A stretch of DNA of 64,000 nt from Candidatus Falkowbacteria bacterium (GCA_016927685.1 JAFGMD010000012.1:23866-87865), one strand, 5' to 3'. Counted from the stretch's first letter, positions 52,190 through 62,434 are shown. Notes: generated from the letters alone by a model not told the origin. Made by a program: numbers and translations.

Positions 52190-55135
52190 CTATGGCTTTT
52201 TTATGCCAATCCAAATTTTTAAACCATTTATTTCGAATTCTTTCTGTTCATCTTTAGCTAATTTTACTTTTTCATCTAAAATATCTTTTGATAAAGTACT
52301 CTTTTTTATTTCTTCCTTGGCCTCGCTGATTGCTTTTAATAAATCTTTATCTTTTGTTTGATAATACACATTAACAGAATCTCCTAAGCTTAAATTTAAA
52401 TCTTTTCTAAGGGCATTGATAAATCTAATTAATTCCCTGATATGCCCCTCTCTCTGTAAATCAGCTGAAATTTTAATATTAAGGGCAACTTTATACAGCT
52501 CATCTGCGCCTATTATATAATTCTTTTCTGTCGGTAATTTTTCGGAAATCTCTACCACCTTAACATTTACCTCCTCCTTAATCAATTCCAAAAATTCATT
52601 GGGCAAAGATTTTTTTGTAATAATCAATTTGTTTAACGGTTGCCTAATTTTAACGCCCGCTTCTGCTCTGGCAGCCAAAGCTTGCTCAATTAATTTTCTC
52701 GCTATTTCCATTTGTTCTAATAATTCTGACTTGATCAAATCAGGTGCCACGCTTGGCCAATCTTCCAAATGCACGCTTTCTTTTTTGCCGTGTAATTTTT
52801 GATAAATATTTTCAGCTGTAAAAGGTAAAAATGGAGCACAAATTTTAGCTAAGTTTAATAAAATATAATGCATTGTGGCTAAAGCATGCGCCTTATCATT
52901 TTGATCATCTCCTTTAAACCTTTCTCGACTGCGTCGTAAATACCAAGTTGATAATTCATTAATAAAGTCGGATATTGGTCGCGCTGCCCGCGTTAAATCA
53001 AAAATATCCATCTCTTCCGTAACTTCTTTTAATAAAATATTTAATTTAGCTACAATCCATTTGTCTAAAATATTTTCCAAATCATTTGGTCTTAAATTTT
53101 TATCAAAATTCATGCTTTTTTCATACAAAGCATAAAAACTGTAAATATTATTCAAAAGCATAACGGTTTTTCGCAGAGTCTCTTCGACTAAGCGATCCGA
53201 AAAACGATAATCTTCACCCATGGGCGTTGAAACTAGCAAAAAATAGCGAATCGCATCTACGCCTGCTTTATCAATTAAAATATTTGGTTCGGTATAATTT
53301 TTCAATCTCTTAGAAAGTTTTTTTCCGTCTTCTGCCAAGATTAATCCATTTGCAATTACATTTTTATATGCTGGTTTATTAAATAGCGCTGTCGCTAAAA
53401 CATGCAAAGTATAAAACCAACCGCGGGTTTGATCCAGACCCTCGCCAATAAAATCACAAGGAAAGCCTTTCTCAAATTTTTCTTTATTTTCAAAAGGATA
53501 ATGATACTGAGCGTAAGGCATAGAACCAGATTCAAACCAGCAGTCAAAAACTTCTTCTATGCGATTCATTTCCCCGCCGCAAGCGCATTTAAATTTAATT
53601 TCATCAATATAGGGTCTATGCAAATCTTTTATTTCTGAATTTTCCAATTCTTTAATACTGCCCACAACCTTATAAGTATTGCATTTTTCACATTGCCAGA
53701 CAGGAATTGGCGCACCCCAAAATCTATTTCTGGAAATATTCCAGTCCTTAGCGCCTTCCAGCCATTTACCAAAACGACCCTCTTTAAGATGCTCCGGTAC
53801 CCAACGAATGCCTTCATGTTTTTTTCCATTAGGATCAGTTATTCTTAATTCATTATTGTTATATACCAAATTATCTTTAAATTTTGTGACTGCCACATAC
53901 CAAGCGTCTAACGCATAATAAATTAATGGGCTGTCACAGCGCCAGCAAAAAGGATAATCATGCTCAATTTTATCGTTTATGCCGGATATTAAAATATTTT
54001 TATCTTTTAAATATTCCATTATTTTCAAATCAGCATCTTTTACAAAAACTCCTGCCCAATCTTTTACTTCTGACTTAAACTTGCCCTCTGAATCAACTGT
54101 CATTAAAACTGGCAAATTATACTTTCTGCCTATTTCCATATCTTCTTCGCCAAAAGCCGGGGCAATATGAACTATGCCCGTGCCATCTTCTGTCGTAACA
54201 AAATCTCCCTCAATTACATAATAAGCTTTTCTATCTAACTTTTTAAAATAATCAAAAATCGGTTCGTATTCCCAATTTAAAAGGTCGGCTCCTTTAAATA
54301 ATTCAACAAGCTCATAATGCCCCAAATATTTTTCAAGAGTGTCTAATCTGGCTTTGGCCAAAATATAATATTCCCTGCCGACTTTGATTTTCGCATATTC
54401 AACTGACTTGCCTACGGCTAAAGCTACATTTGAAGGCAATGTCCAGGGCGTTGTAGTCCAAACCAAAAAGTAAGCATTATCCTGATCTTTTATTTTGACC
54501 TTGAAATAAATTGAAGGATCTTTTGCTTTCTGATAATTTTGATTAACTTCAAAATTCGATAATGGAGTACCACAGCGAGGGCAATAAGGGGCTACGCGAT
54601 AATCCTTATATACCAAACCTTTATTAAAAAGTTCTTTAAAAACCCACCAAACCGTTTCAGTGTATTCTTTATTCATGGTCGCATATTGATTGGAATAATC
54701 AGCCCAACGGCCGATGCGCCTGAAAGTATCCTTCCACTCATCTACGCATGTAAAAACAGATGCTTGACAGCGATCATTAAATAATTTAATGCTGTCATAT
54801 TCATTTTTAGCCAATCCTAAAATTTCTTTCTTTGATTTTATTTTTAATTCCTTTTCAATCAGGTTTTCTACGGGCAAACCATGGCAATCCCAACCAACAG
54901 TACGCTCAACCTTAAATCCGCGCATAGTCCAATAACGCGTTACTGTATCTTTTAACGTAGAGGCTAAAAGATGGCCATAATGTGGTGAACCCGAAGCAAA
55001 TGGCGGACCATCATAGAATGAAAAAACTGGCGACTTCTCGCGCGCCTTAACTGATTTTTCAAAAATTTTATTTTTCTCCCAAAAAGCAATGATTTCTTCT
55101 TCTTTTTGGGCGAAATTTGATTTATTTTCTGACAT
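52190..55135 (-). CDS. ileS: Isoleucine--tRNA ligase, type 2 (eukaryote/archaea-like)
   Basis: FYDGPPFASGSPHYGH, GWDCHGLPVE, WTTTPWTLPSN, DWNISRNRFWG, FDCWFESGSMPYAQ, EGLDQTRGWFY, KLSKR; no type-1 C-terminal zinc finger. Confidence 0.96.
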   Translation of the reverse strand: MSENKSNFAQKEEEIIAFWEKNKIFEKSVKAREKSPVFSFYDGPPFASGSPHYGHLLASTLKDTVTRYWTMRGFKVERTVGWDCHGLPVENLIEKELKIKSKKEILGLAKNEYDSIKLFNDRCQASVFTCVDEWKDTFRRIGRWADYSNQYATMNKEYTETVWWVFKELFNKGLVYKDYRVAPYCPRCGTPLSNFEVNQNYQKAKDPSIYFKVKIKDQDNAYFLVWTTTPWTLPSNVALAVGKSVEYAKIKVGREYYILAKARLDTLEKYLGHYELVELFKGADLLNWEYEPIFDYFKKLDRKAYYVIEGDFVTTEDGTGIVHIAPAFGEEDMEIGRKYNLPVLMTVDSEGKFKSEVKDWAGVFVKDADLKIMEYLKDKNILISGINDKIEHDYPFCWRCDSPLIYYALDAWYVAVTKFKDNLVYNNNELRITDPNGKKHEGIRWVPEHLKEGRFGKWLEGAKDWNISRNRFWGAPIPVWQCEKCNTYKVVGSIKELENSEIKDLHRPYIDEIKFKCACGGEMNRIEEVFDCWFESGSMPYAQYHYPFENKEKFEKGFPCDFIGEGLDQTRGWFYTLHVLATALFNKPAYKNVIANGLILAEDGKKLSKRLKNYTEPNILIDKAGVDAIRYFLLVSTPMGEDYRFSDRLVEETLRKTVMLLNNIYSFYALYEKSMNFDKNLRPNDLENILDKWIVAKLNILLKEVTEEMDIFDLTRAARPISDFINELSTWYLRRSRERFKGDDQNDKAHALATMHYILLNLAKICAPFLPFTAENIYQKLHGKKESVHLEDWPSVAPDLIKSELLEQMEIARKLIEQALAARAEAGVKIRQPLNKLIITKKSLPNEFLELIKEEVNVKVVEISEKLPTEKNYIIGADELYKVALNIKISADLQREGHIRELIRFINALRKDLNLSLGDSVNVYYQTKDKDLLKAISEAKEEIKKSTLSKDILDEKVKLAKDEQKEFEINGLKIWIGIKKP

Positions 55136-55289
55136 ATTATATTTCTTTTAGCCAATACCCAATTACTAATGGCTAATGACTTAATATCAATTATTTTAGC
55201 TAAAATAGCGCTAAAAGTCAAAAATCATATTAGCAGTTTTTATTTTTTTTCTGCTATAATGTAAGTAATCTAATTCTTAATAATAAATT

Positions 55290-56276
55290 ATGGACAATGC
55301 ACCAAAAATTAATTTAGTAAAAATTATCAAAAAGATTGTTTTGATTATACTGGTGATTATCGGCGTCTTAGCCGTGATCTATTTTCTTTTACATGCTGTT
55401 ATTAGTTGGCGAAACAGAAATTCTTATTATTCAATAGAAAGCCCCGTTGCCCTTCCCTCCTCTGGCATTGATTTTGGTATTGGGATGACTGCTCTTGACG
55501 TAAGAACCAAAGAATCAACTCAATCTTATGAGATGGCCGCACCTATTCCAGCCATGGCACCGAGTGCCGGTAATGCTGGCATGACAGAGCAAAAAATAAT
55601 TAAAACAGCCAATTTAGCTATTACTGTTGATGATGTTGAGAAAACAGCCGCCCAAATCACCAATGACGCAATATTATTAAATGGTTTTGTACAGAATTCA
55701 ACGATTACCGAGGACAGAAAGGGTCAAAAATTTGCCAACCTTATTTTGCGGGTTCCTGTTTCTGGTTTTGACAATTTGATTAGTAAAATTAAATCTTTAG
55801 CAAAATTAGTTGAGCGCGAAAATATTAGCGGCAAAGAAGTCACGGAAGAATATGTTGATTTGCAAGCCGACCTATCCCATAACCTAGCAGTGGAAGCGCA
55901 ATATCTGGAATTATTAAAACGCGCTCAAAAAGTTGAAGAAATAATAGCAGTTCGCGAAAAACTTGACCAAGTTCAAGGAGAAATTGAACGAATTAAAGGA
56001 CGTGTCAGATATTTAGACAATCAAACAGAAATGTCTACTATTGCCGTAAGTATTTCCAGCGAGGCGCAAATTAATATTCCGGCTGAAAAATGGCAACCTT
56101 ATGTCATTTTAAAACAAGCCATCCAAAATTTAATTGTTAGTTTGCAGGGTTTTGTTAATTTTATAATCGTTGCTTTCTTCTGGCTTATAAGTATAATTCC
56201 TTACCTGCTCGTTCTTGGCTTAATTTACATAATTGCCAGATGGATATATAAAAGAGTAAGAAAACCTAAGATATAA
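55290..56276 (+). CDS. DUF4349-domain membrane protein
   Basis: KIIKTANL, LILRVP, EVTEEYVDL, EIERIKG..RYL..Q..MSTI; N- and C-terminal TMs. Confidence 0.88.
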   Translation: MDNAPKINLVKIIKKIVLIILVIIGVLAVIYFLLHAVISWRNRNSYYSIESPVALPSSGIDFGIGMTALDVRTKESTQSYEMAAPIPAMAPSAGNAGMTEQKIIKTANLAITVDDVEKTAAQITNDAILLNGFVQNSTITEDRKGQKFANLILRVPVSGFDNLISKIKSLAKLVERENISGKEVTEEYVDLQADLSHNLAVEAQYLELLKRAQKVEEIIAVREKLDQVQGEIERIKGRVRYLDNQTEMSTIAVSISSEAQINIPAEKWQPYVILKQAIQNLIVSLQGFVNFIIVAFFWLISIIPYLLVLGLIYIIARWIYKRVRKPKI

Positions 56277-56327
56277 TGAGTAAAAAACGCCTCGGCTAAA
56301 ACGAGGCGTTTTTATTATACAAATGAA

Positions 56328-56777
56328 TTATTTTACTGAAGGTGGAGTAGAATTTATTTCTTCTCCTGGCAATGGCGGCATTTCTTGATTATCTGCAGAT
56401 CTTATCTGTATTGACTTTGCAGTAATGCTACCATCACTATTTGTCGTGCCAGTTACCGTAACATTTGTACCTACTATTAAATCTGTTTTGCTGCTATCAG
56501 TCATTTTGGATATCGCAGTAGAATCGCTCAATAAAATTATTTTTGAACCGCTTTCTTTCATTTTTAAAGTTACGCTATTATCGTCAATAGCAAGGATCTC
56601 ACCGCTAGTCATGCCATTATTCATTCGTATGCCTTGGCTATTCAATTGGCCGGGCCCTTGAGAAAAACCCAGATTTCTTTTATTTTGGGCGCACCTCATG
56701 CCGCCATAAAAAGATAATGCGCTAATAACTACAATTGCTATCACAAAAATGATAATTAGAGTGTGTTGTTTTTTCAT
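56328..56777 (-). CDS. Membrane-anchored OB-fold (DUF5666-like) protein
   Basis: TM, GEIL.ID..SVTLK, DL.VG..V.V.G..NSDGSITA.SIQIR. Confidence 0.75.
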   Translation of the reverse strand: MKKQHTLIIIFVIAIVVISALSFYGGMRCAQNKRNLGFSQGPGQLNSQGIRMNNGMTSGEILAIDDNSVTLKMKESGSKIILLSDSTAISKMTDSSKTDLIVGTNVTVTGTTNSDGSITAKSIQIRSADNQEMPPLPGEEINSTPPSVK

Positions 56778-56794
56778 TTTTTTATATTTAATAA

Positions 56795-58018
56795 TTATTC
56801 ATATCTTAATGCTTCAATTGGATTTAATTTTGAAGCTCTGACTGCCGGATAATAGCCAAAAATAATACCAATTGCAGCTGATACCCCAAAAGCTAAAATA
56901 ATAGAAGAAAAAGTCACTGTAGTGGTTGTCCAGCCAAAATAATTTACTCCATAAGAAACTATATAACCAATAAATATTCCCAGTAATCCTCCAATAAAAG
57001 TCAATGATACCGCTTCAATTAAAAACTCAATGCTTATATCTCTCCTTCTTGCGCCAATAGCTTTGCGCAAACCAATTTCTTTAGTTCTTTCAGTAACTGT
57101 TGTCAACATCATATTCATAATACCAATACCACCAACTAATAAAGAAATGCTGGCCACAGCACCTAAAAGTAATGTGAATGTCTTGGCCACGCTAGTAGCC
57201 GTTGAGGCAATATCGGCCTGATTCATAATGCTAAAATCAGCGTTTGCTGGATCAGATATTTTGTGTAAATCCAATAAAAGATTGGTGATGTCTTCTTGTA
57301 CAATGTCTAACGCATTAGCATTTATGGCCGAAGTATTTATTGTCGTTAGATATTCATTGCCCGTAAGATATTTCTGGGCAGTACTAAGGGGAATATATAT
57401 ACGGTCATCTTGGCTCCCCATACCTGAGCCCCCCTTTGCCTCTGTTATCCCTATTACTTTAAATTCTATTTTATTTATTTTTAAAATTTGCCCGACAGCA
57501 TCAACTTCTTCGCCAAAAATATCGTCCCTTGTTGTGGGGCCTAAAACAGCAACCCTTGATGACGATTGGAAATTTTGATCTGAAATAAAATCACCGCTTG
57601 CCATGGCTATGCTTTTCACAATAGTATATGATGAAGTGGTTCCTATAATTTGCGTATTTGTATTTTGGCCTTTGGCTGAAACTTGATAGCGCCCGCTAAC
57701 TTCAGGAGCAACGGCCAAAATATTCTCAATTTGAGACGCAACTGCTTCAGCATCAGTTAGCTTTAATGATTTTGCTGAACCTCTGCCAGAGCTTACCATT
57801 GTGCCAGGACCTCTTTGTACGCCGCTTGAAACAGTAATTAGGTTTGACCCAATAGAAGCAATATTTGACTCAATAGAACTTTGTGCTCCTTGCCCGATAG
57901 AAAGCATAACAATAACCGAACTGATGCCAATAATAATACCAAGTACTGTTAAACCCGATCTAGCCTTATTAGAAGACAGCGCTGTTTTAGTTTCTTCAAA
58001 AATATCGCTTAATTTCAT
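56795..58018 (-). CDS. MacB-like ABC transporter permease
   Basis: RS.LTVLGIIIGISSVI, ISLLVGGIGIMNMML.TVTERTKEIGLRKAIGA, GYYPA.RASKLNPIEALRYE. Confidence 0.95.
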   Translation of the reverse strand: MKLSDIFEETKTALSSNKARSGLTVLGIIIGISSVIVMLSIGQGAQSSIESNIASIGSNLITVSSGVQRGPGTMVSSGRGSAKSLKLTDAEAVASQIENILAVAPEVSGRYQVSAKGQNTNTQIIGTTSSYTIVKSIAMASGDFISDQNFQSSSRVAVLGPTTRDDIFGEEVDAVGQILKINKIEFKVIGITEAKGGSGMGSQDDRIYIPLSTAQKYLTGNEYLTTINTSAINANALDIVQEDITNLLLDLHKISDPANADFSIMNQADIASTATSVAKTFTLLLGAVASISLLVGGIGIMNMMLTTVTERTKEIGLRKAIGARRRDISIEFLIEAVSLTFIGGLLGIFIGYIVSYGVNYFGWTTTTVTFSSIILAFGVSAAIGIIFGYYPAVRASKLNPIEALRYE

Positions 58019-58022
58019 AAAA

Positions 58023-58709
58023 TTATTTTTTATTTTTAGTATCGCTCACTACCCTTCCATCTTTAATAAATATGGTTCTGTCTGCATGTTTAGCCACTTC
58101 AGCTTCGTGAGTAATTATAATTATTGTCCTGCCGCCCTCTCTATTTAATTTTTCAAATGTATTTAGGACAACTTCCCCAGTTTTTGTATCAAGATTGCCA
58201 GTTGGCTCATCTGCTAATATAAGAGTTGGGTTATTTACTAATGCTCTGGCAATGGCTACGCGCTGTATTTGCCCGCCGGACAACTGATTAGAAAGATGTG
58301 TAAAAAATTCTTCATCAAGACCAGCTTCTTTTAATACTTTTTTTGCTCGCCTTTCACGCTCTTCCCTATTAATGCTTTCATACACTAAGGGCAAAACAAC
58401 ATTTCTCAATACAGTCGCTCTGGGCAATAAATTAAATGATTGAAATACGAAACCAATTTTTTGCTTACGAATATCTGCCAATTGATCCTCGCTTAATTTA
58501 GATACATCTTTTCTATCTAAAAAATATATTCCGCTAGTCGGCGTATCTAATGCCCCTAAAATATGCATTAGCGTAGATTTGCCAGAACCAGATGGTCCCA
58601 TAATAGCTACAAATTCTCCGTCTTCAATTTTAAAACTTACCTCGTGCAATGCCTGATACTCTGTAGCGCCTGTTTTATAAATCTTAGTAATATCCTTAAT
58701 TTCAATCAT
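58023..58709 (-). CDS. ABC transporter ATP-binding protein (MacB/LolD type)
   Basis: [42 protein letters not shown]. Confidence 0.96.
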   Translation of the reverse strand: MIEIKDITKIYKTGATEYQALHEVSFKIEDGEFVAIMGPSGSGKSTLMHILGALDTPTSGIYFLDRKDVSKLSEDQLADIRKQKIGFVFQSFNLLPRATVLRNVVLPLVYESINREERERRAKKVLKEAGLDEEFFTHLSNQLSGGQIQRVAIARALVNNPTLILADEPTGNLDTKTGEVVLNTFEKLNREGGRTIIIITHEAEVAKHADRTIFIKDGRVVSDTKNKK

Positions 58710-58715
58710 ATTTTT

Positions 58716-60518
58716 TTATCTTATCATCATTGCTCCGTTGGGAGGTCCGTCATTTCCGCCGAATATACTACCTGAAGAATTAGATGACTTATTTATTGAA
58801 GAGCTAGAGCTACTTGAAGAAGAGCTGGTAATTGTTTTGACTACTATGATATCACCCTCTGTTAGGCCAGAAGTAATTTCAATATTGGTATCATCAGATA
58901 GACCAATTTCCACTTGAACTTGGCTTGGCTTTTCTGCCGAATTAACGCCTTGTGCGGTAGTATCTGTATATTGTTCACTTAATTTTAAAACATAATTTAT
59001 ATCATTATTTGATTTAACTGCTGAGCTTGGCACAGCCAATACATCTTGATGAGTTTGCGTAATAATAGCTGCTGAAACGCTCATGCCGGGCTTAATTCTT
59101 TCATCTTGAGTATCAAAATTTATTTTAACATCATAAGAGACGACTCCGGAACTTACTGTACCAAGTGTATCCACCTCAACTACTTCACCGGTTATTGTCA
59201 AGTCTTCTGCTGCATCAAATGTTAAAGTAGCTTTTTGACCAACTTTAACTTGAGCGACATCAACTTCGTTTAGAGATATTTCCGCAATTCTCTGCTTGGT
59301 TATTAGGGTAGCTAAGGCGCTACCCGAACTTGCTATATCGCCCTTTTTTACATCAACACTTGCGATAATCCCATCAAACGTTGCCCTAATAGTATAGTCG
59401 GCTAATTTCCCCCAAGCATCCGTTAGGGCAATCTCTTTTTGTTTAATAGATAATTCTTGCGTTTTAATATCAAGCGGATCAGCTCCTGCCTTTAAATTTT
59501 CTAATGAACCCTCTTTCTCGGCAATAGTCCGCTCTGAAGATGTAATACTGGCCCTTGAGTTTTGTATTGTATTTTTTATTGATAACAAATTTGAAACAAA
59601 ATTATTAATCGTACCAGTATAGCCATTAAGAGTCGATAAATGAGCTGTTGATTGCGCAACTGGCTGTAAATTATTTTCTTTGGTTTTATCAATATAAAAT
59701 TGTATGAAATTATTGGCGTTTTTTATGGCTTCAGCAATATTTTTGGAGGTGATATATGTTTCATCTATTAATTTTTCAATTGTTTCACTATCAGAAAATC
59801 TGCTAGTCGCTTTGTAATCAATAAAATTTTGGTCATATTGTCTTCTGGCCAATTCATAAGATGACTCCGCGCTTTCCTGATAAGTATATATGGCCGCTTG
59901 ATTCAAATTTAAAGAGTTAGCATAATAATCAACATTCCACTGATTGCTGTTAATATTACTTCCGTAAAGTATTTCGTAAAGAGCGGAAATAATAGTTGGC
60001 AAATCTAAAAATGCATCGGCTACTGCGTTGAATCCGTCTTCATAGGCCTTAGCTAAATTCTCTTCAGCATTTGCTTTAGATTCTTTAGCACTAATTATGG
60101 AATTTTCTGCTTGTAATAAAGATAATGGATCTGCGGCTTGCTGTAATTTTTCTAAAGATAATTTTGCGCTTTCTAGGGCTGATTCTGCGTCCCTAACAGA
60201 TTTATAAGCATCGCTAGAATCAATTTTAGCAATTAAAACGCCGGACTTTACTTCTTGCCCTACGACAACTGGCAAGGAGGTAATTTTCCCTGATACTATT
60301 GGTTTTATATCTAATTGATTGGCGGCAGAAACTTGGCCAGTACCCGAAACTGTTACTATTATTGTTCCTTTTTCAACAGAGCCAAGCACATAACGCGTTT
60401 CCTGGATAGAACTATGAGCTGCTTTATATGCCCAAACGCTTCCGCCGACCAAAATGAAAATAATAACGCTGGTAATTATTTTATGCTTTATTATAAGGTC
60501 CAAAATTTTTTTTAGCAT
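58716..60518 (-). CDS. MacA/HlyD-like membrane fusion (adaptor) protein
   Basis: VSGTGQV, SGKI..L.V..GQ.VK.G, long coiled-coil hairpin, IRA.FDG, IKPGMS, V.IGLSDD...EI.SGL.EGD. Confidence 0.9.
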   Translation of the reverse strand: MLKKILDLIIKHKIITSVIIFILVGGSVWAYKAAHSSIQETRYVLGSVEKGTIIVTVSGTGQVSAANQLDIKPIVSGKITSLPVVVGQEVKSGVLIAKIDSSDAYKSVRDAESALESAKLSLEKLQQAADPLSLLQAENSIISAKESKANAEENLAKAYEDGFNAVADAFLDLPTIISALYEILYGSNINSNQWNVDYYANSLNLNQAAIYTYQESAESSYELARRQYDQNFIDYKATSRFSDSETIEKLIDETYITSKNIAEAIKNANNFIQFYIDKTKENNLQPVAQSTAHLSTLNGYTGTINNFVSNLLSIKNTIQNSRASITSSERTIAEKEGSLENLKAGADPLDIKTQELSIKQKEIALTDAWGKLADYTIRATFDGIIASVDVKKGDIASSGSALATLITKQRIAEISLNEVDVAQVKVGQKATLTFDAAEDLTITGEVVEVDTLGTVSSGVVSYDVKINFDTQDERIKPGMSVSAAIITQTHQDVLAVPSSAVKSNNDINYVLKLSEQYTDTTAQGVNSAEKPSQVQVEIGLSDDTNIEITSGLTEGDIIVVKTITSSSSSSSSSSINKSSNSSGSIFGGNDGPPNGAMMIR

Positions 60519-60537
60519 ATTTTTAGAATATTTATAA

Positions 60538-61083
60538 TTAAAATGCTGGGAAAGAATTGGGTATTATAGGCCGATTATTTGGAAAATTATTATTTTGTGG
60601 TGGGGGTGGCAATATTCTTATTAATTTTGCTTCTATTTGGCCTGTCTCATTTGGTTCTCCTATAATGACCAAATAATCCTCAACTTTTAATTCAGATAAT
60701 TCTACGGCATCCTTAAAATGCCTAATTATTGTGTCGTTGTTTAAATTAACAACTTTTTCTGAATTATCAATGCTATTGATAATCAGAGATTTTCCTTCTA
60801 TTTTAAGTATTTGTCCAAAAACGCCATGAGATTGAATAAAGTCATCGTTTCTAAAATCTCCCACAAAACCCTGCCTTGGTCCCGCAAAATTTCTATGATA
60901 ATTATCTCCCCAATTATGAGAGAATCCAGCCTTTCTAAAACCGACATTCATGCCTATATTAAAAACCAGCAATAAAATAATTAGGCCACCAACAATAGAG
61001 GTAAAAATAATAAATGATTTATTTGTATAAAATTTTTTTTCTGTATTTTCTTTATTTTTATTTATTACATTATTTTCTTCCAT
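60538..61083 (-). CDS. Membrane-anchored DUF5666-like protein
   Basis: TM; HGVFGQILKI; ELKV.D.LVIIG.PN..GQIEAKLIR. Confidence 0.7.
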   Translation of the reverse strand: MEENNVINKNKENTEKKFYTNKSFIIFTSIVGGLIILLLVFNIGMNVGFRKAGFSHNWGDNYHRNFAGPRQGFVGDFRNDDFIQSHGVFGQILKIEGKSLIINSIDNSEKVVNLNNDTIIRHFKDAVELSELKVEDYLVIIGEPNETGQIEAKLIRILPPPPQNNNFPNNRPIIPNSFPAF

Positions 61084-61092
61084 ATTAATTTT

Positions 61093-61494
61093 TTAATTAA
61101 TTAACTTATGTCTATTAATAATAATTTTAAAATCAAAGAATAAAATATAAATAGACTCAAATATCACAAAAATAGTTCCAAAAAATAAGAGCAAGCTGAA
61201 TATTGGTAACGTTTCCAATAATACAAATATAAAATTTTGCCAATATATTTTAATAATCTCAAAATCAGAGAATATTAATGATAAAAATTTAATAAAACCA
61301 GATTGTGAAAAATCTACATATAGCATTTTTAGGACTGGCGCAAAGGCAACCAATGAAATGGTTAAACAAATAGAAAAAATGGCTAATCTTAATTTAAGAG
61401 CAAAAAAATTTTGTTCTTTCTTTAAGCGCTCAGTAATATTATTAAAAAGTTCTTTTGGCGGTTCAATTGGCTTAAAATTTGATAAATTATTCAT
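61093..61494 (-). CDS. Putative membrane anti-sigma factor
   Basis: IEPPKELFNNI..RL N-terminus plus TMs, directly downstream of the ECF sigma factor. Confidence 0.65.
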   Translation of the reverse strand: MNNLSNFKPIEPPKELFNNITERLKKEQNFFALKLRLAIFSICLTISLVAFAPVLKMLYVDFSQSGFIKFLSLIFSDFEIIKIYWQNFIFVLLETLPIFSLLLFFGTIFVIFESIYILFFDFKIIINRHKLIN

Positions 61495-61524
61495 AATCTT
61501 ATTTATTAACCCCTTATTAATAAA

Positions 61525-61559
61525 TACGAAAAAAAGATGCCTTTTGGTGCATCTTTTTT
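61525..61559 (-). promoter_or_regulatory. Terminator hairpin overlapping a candidate ECF promoter
   Basis: Minus strand AAAAAAGATGC-ACCAAAAG-GCATCTTTTTTT, containing TGCACC-N17-CGTA. Confidence 0.55.
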
Positions 61560-61568
61560 ATATTAATT

Positions 61569-62129
61569 CTATGTTTTTTGGTAGATTTTCTTAAGCATTA
61601 TAACGCCCCGGCGGTATCGACTTTTCACGGTATTTAGGGGCTCATTTAATCTCTTAGATATTTCCGAAAAAGACAAATCAAATCTATATCTTAAATTAAT
61701 TACTTTCCTATATTTTAAAGGAAGAAGTCCAAGCTTGGTGTCAAGATTGCGTTTTGTTTCTGCTTGTTCACATAACTTATCGGGTAATGGAGACCGGTCA
61801 ATAAGTGAATCGAAAAATATTTTCTCTTCTTCTTCTGTATACGCAGAGAATGGCACATTCTTTTTCTTTTTTAAAAAATCCAGTGCTGTATTTTTGGTAA
61901 TTGCAAATAACCAGGTACTAAAACTTTTTGCTTGGTCAAATTTCTGTAGATTCTTCCAAATTTTTACAAAAACTTCTTGTGTAATATCCTCAGCATCCGC
62001 TTCATTACTGGTATAATAATAGCAAAAATTAAAAATCGGCTTGAGATATTTTTTTATAAGTATCTCTAATGATTTTTTATCACCAGCCAAATATCGTGCG
62101 ACTAAATTTTCATCTGTTATTTTTGGCAT
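61569..62129 (-). CDS. ECF-type RNA polymerase sigma factor
   Basis: DAEDITQEVFVKIW, FSTWLFAI.KN.ALD, LSFSEIS..L..PLNTVKSR..R. Confidence 0.95.
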   Translation of the reverse strand: MPKITDENLVARYLAGDKKSLEILIKKYLKPIFNFCYYYTSNEADAEDITQEVFVKIWKNLQKFDQAKSFSTWLFAITKNTALDFLKKKKNVPFSAYTEEEEKIFFDSLIDRSPLPDKLCEQAETKRNLDTKLGLLPLKYRKVINLRYRFDLSFSEISKRLNEPLNTVKSRYRRGVIMLKKIYQKT

Positions 62130-62134
62130 AATTA

Positions 62135-62207
62135 TGGACCGGACAGGACTTGAACCCGCTACCTCCTCGGTGCAAACGAGGCGCTCTACCAGGTGAGCTA
62201 CCGGCCC
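62135..62207 (-). tRNA. tRNA-Ala(UGC)
   Basis: GGGCCGG/CCGGTCC acceptor with G3:U70, A73; anticodon arm CCTCG-TTTGCAC-CGAGG; T-loop TTCAAGT. Confidence 0.95.
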
Positions 62208-62338
62208 TTGCCCGCCAAGTGCGGGATTCGCCTACATTCCAAATAAAAAAAGTTCTTACGAACTAAAAATAGTATATCAAATAAAATTTTTATTGTCAAT
62301 AATAATCATAAAAAAAATTTTTAAAAAAAATTTAAAAG

Positions 62339-62347
62339 TTATCCACA
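62339..62347 (+). promoter_or_regulatory. Single consensus DnaA box
   Basis: TTATCCACA in the AT-rich divergent intergenic region. Confidence 0.55.
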
Positions 62348-62434
62348 GTTTTTAGCATAAAATCATTTAATAACTTGCTAATAAGTATTATAATTAAGAT
62401 ATAAAATAATTGCCTAAAAATTAACTTTAAAGAA

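Noticed and set aside
58775-58830. Poly-serine tract at the end of the MacA-like adaptor
   Set aside because: An ordinary low-complexity linker with mixed codons, not a contingency repeat.
62135-62137. Apparent encoded CCA on tRNA-Ala
   Set aside because: These bases are C71, C72 and the discriminator A73; CCA is not encoded.
62230-62434. Possible oriC
   Set aside because: Only one DnaA box was seen and there is no dnaA or dnaN nearby.
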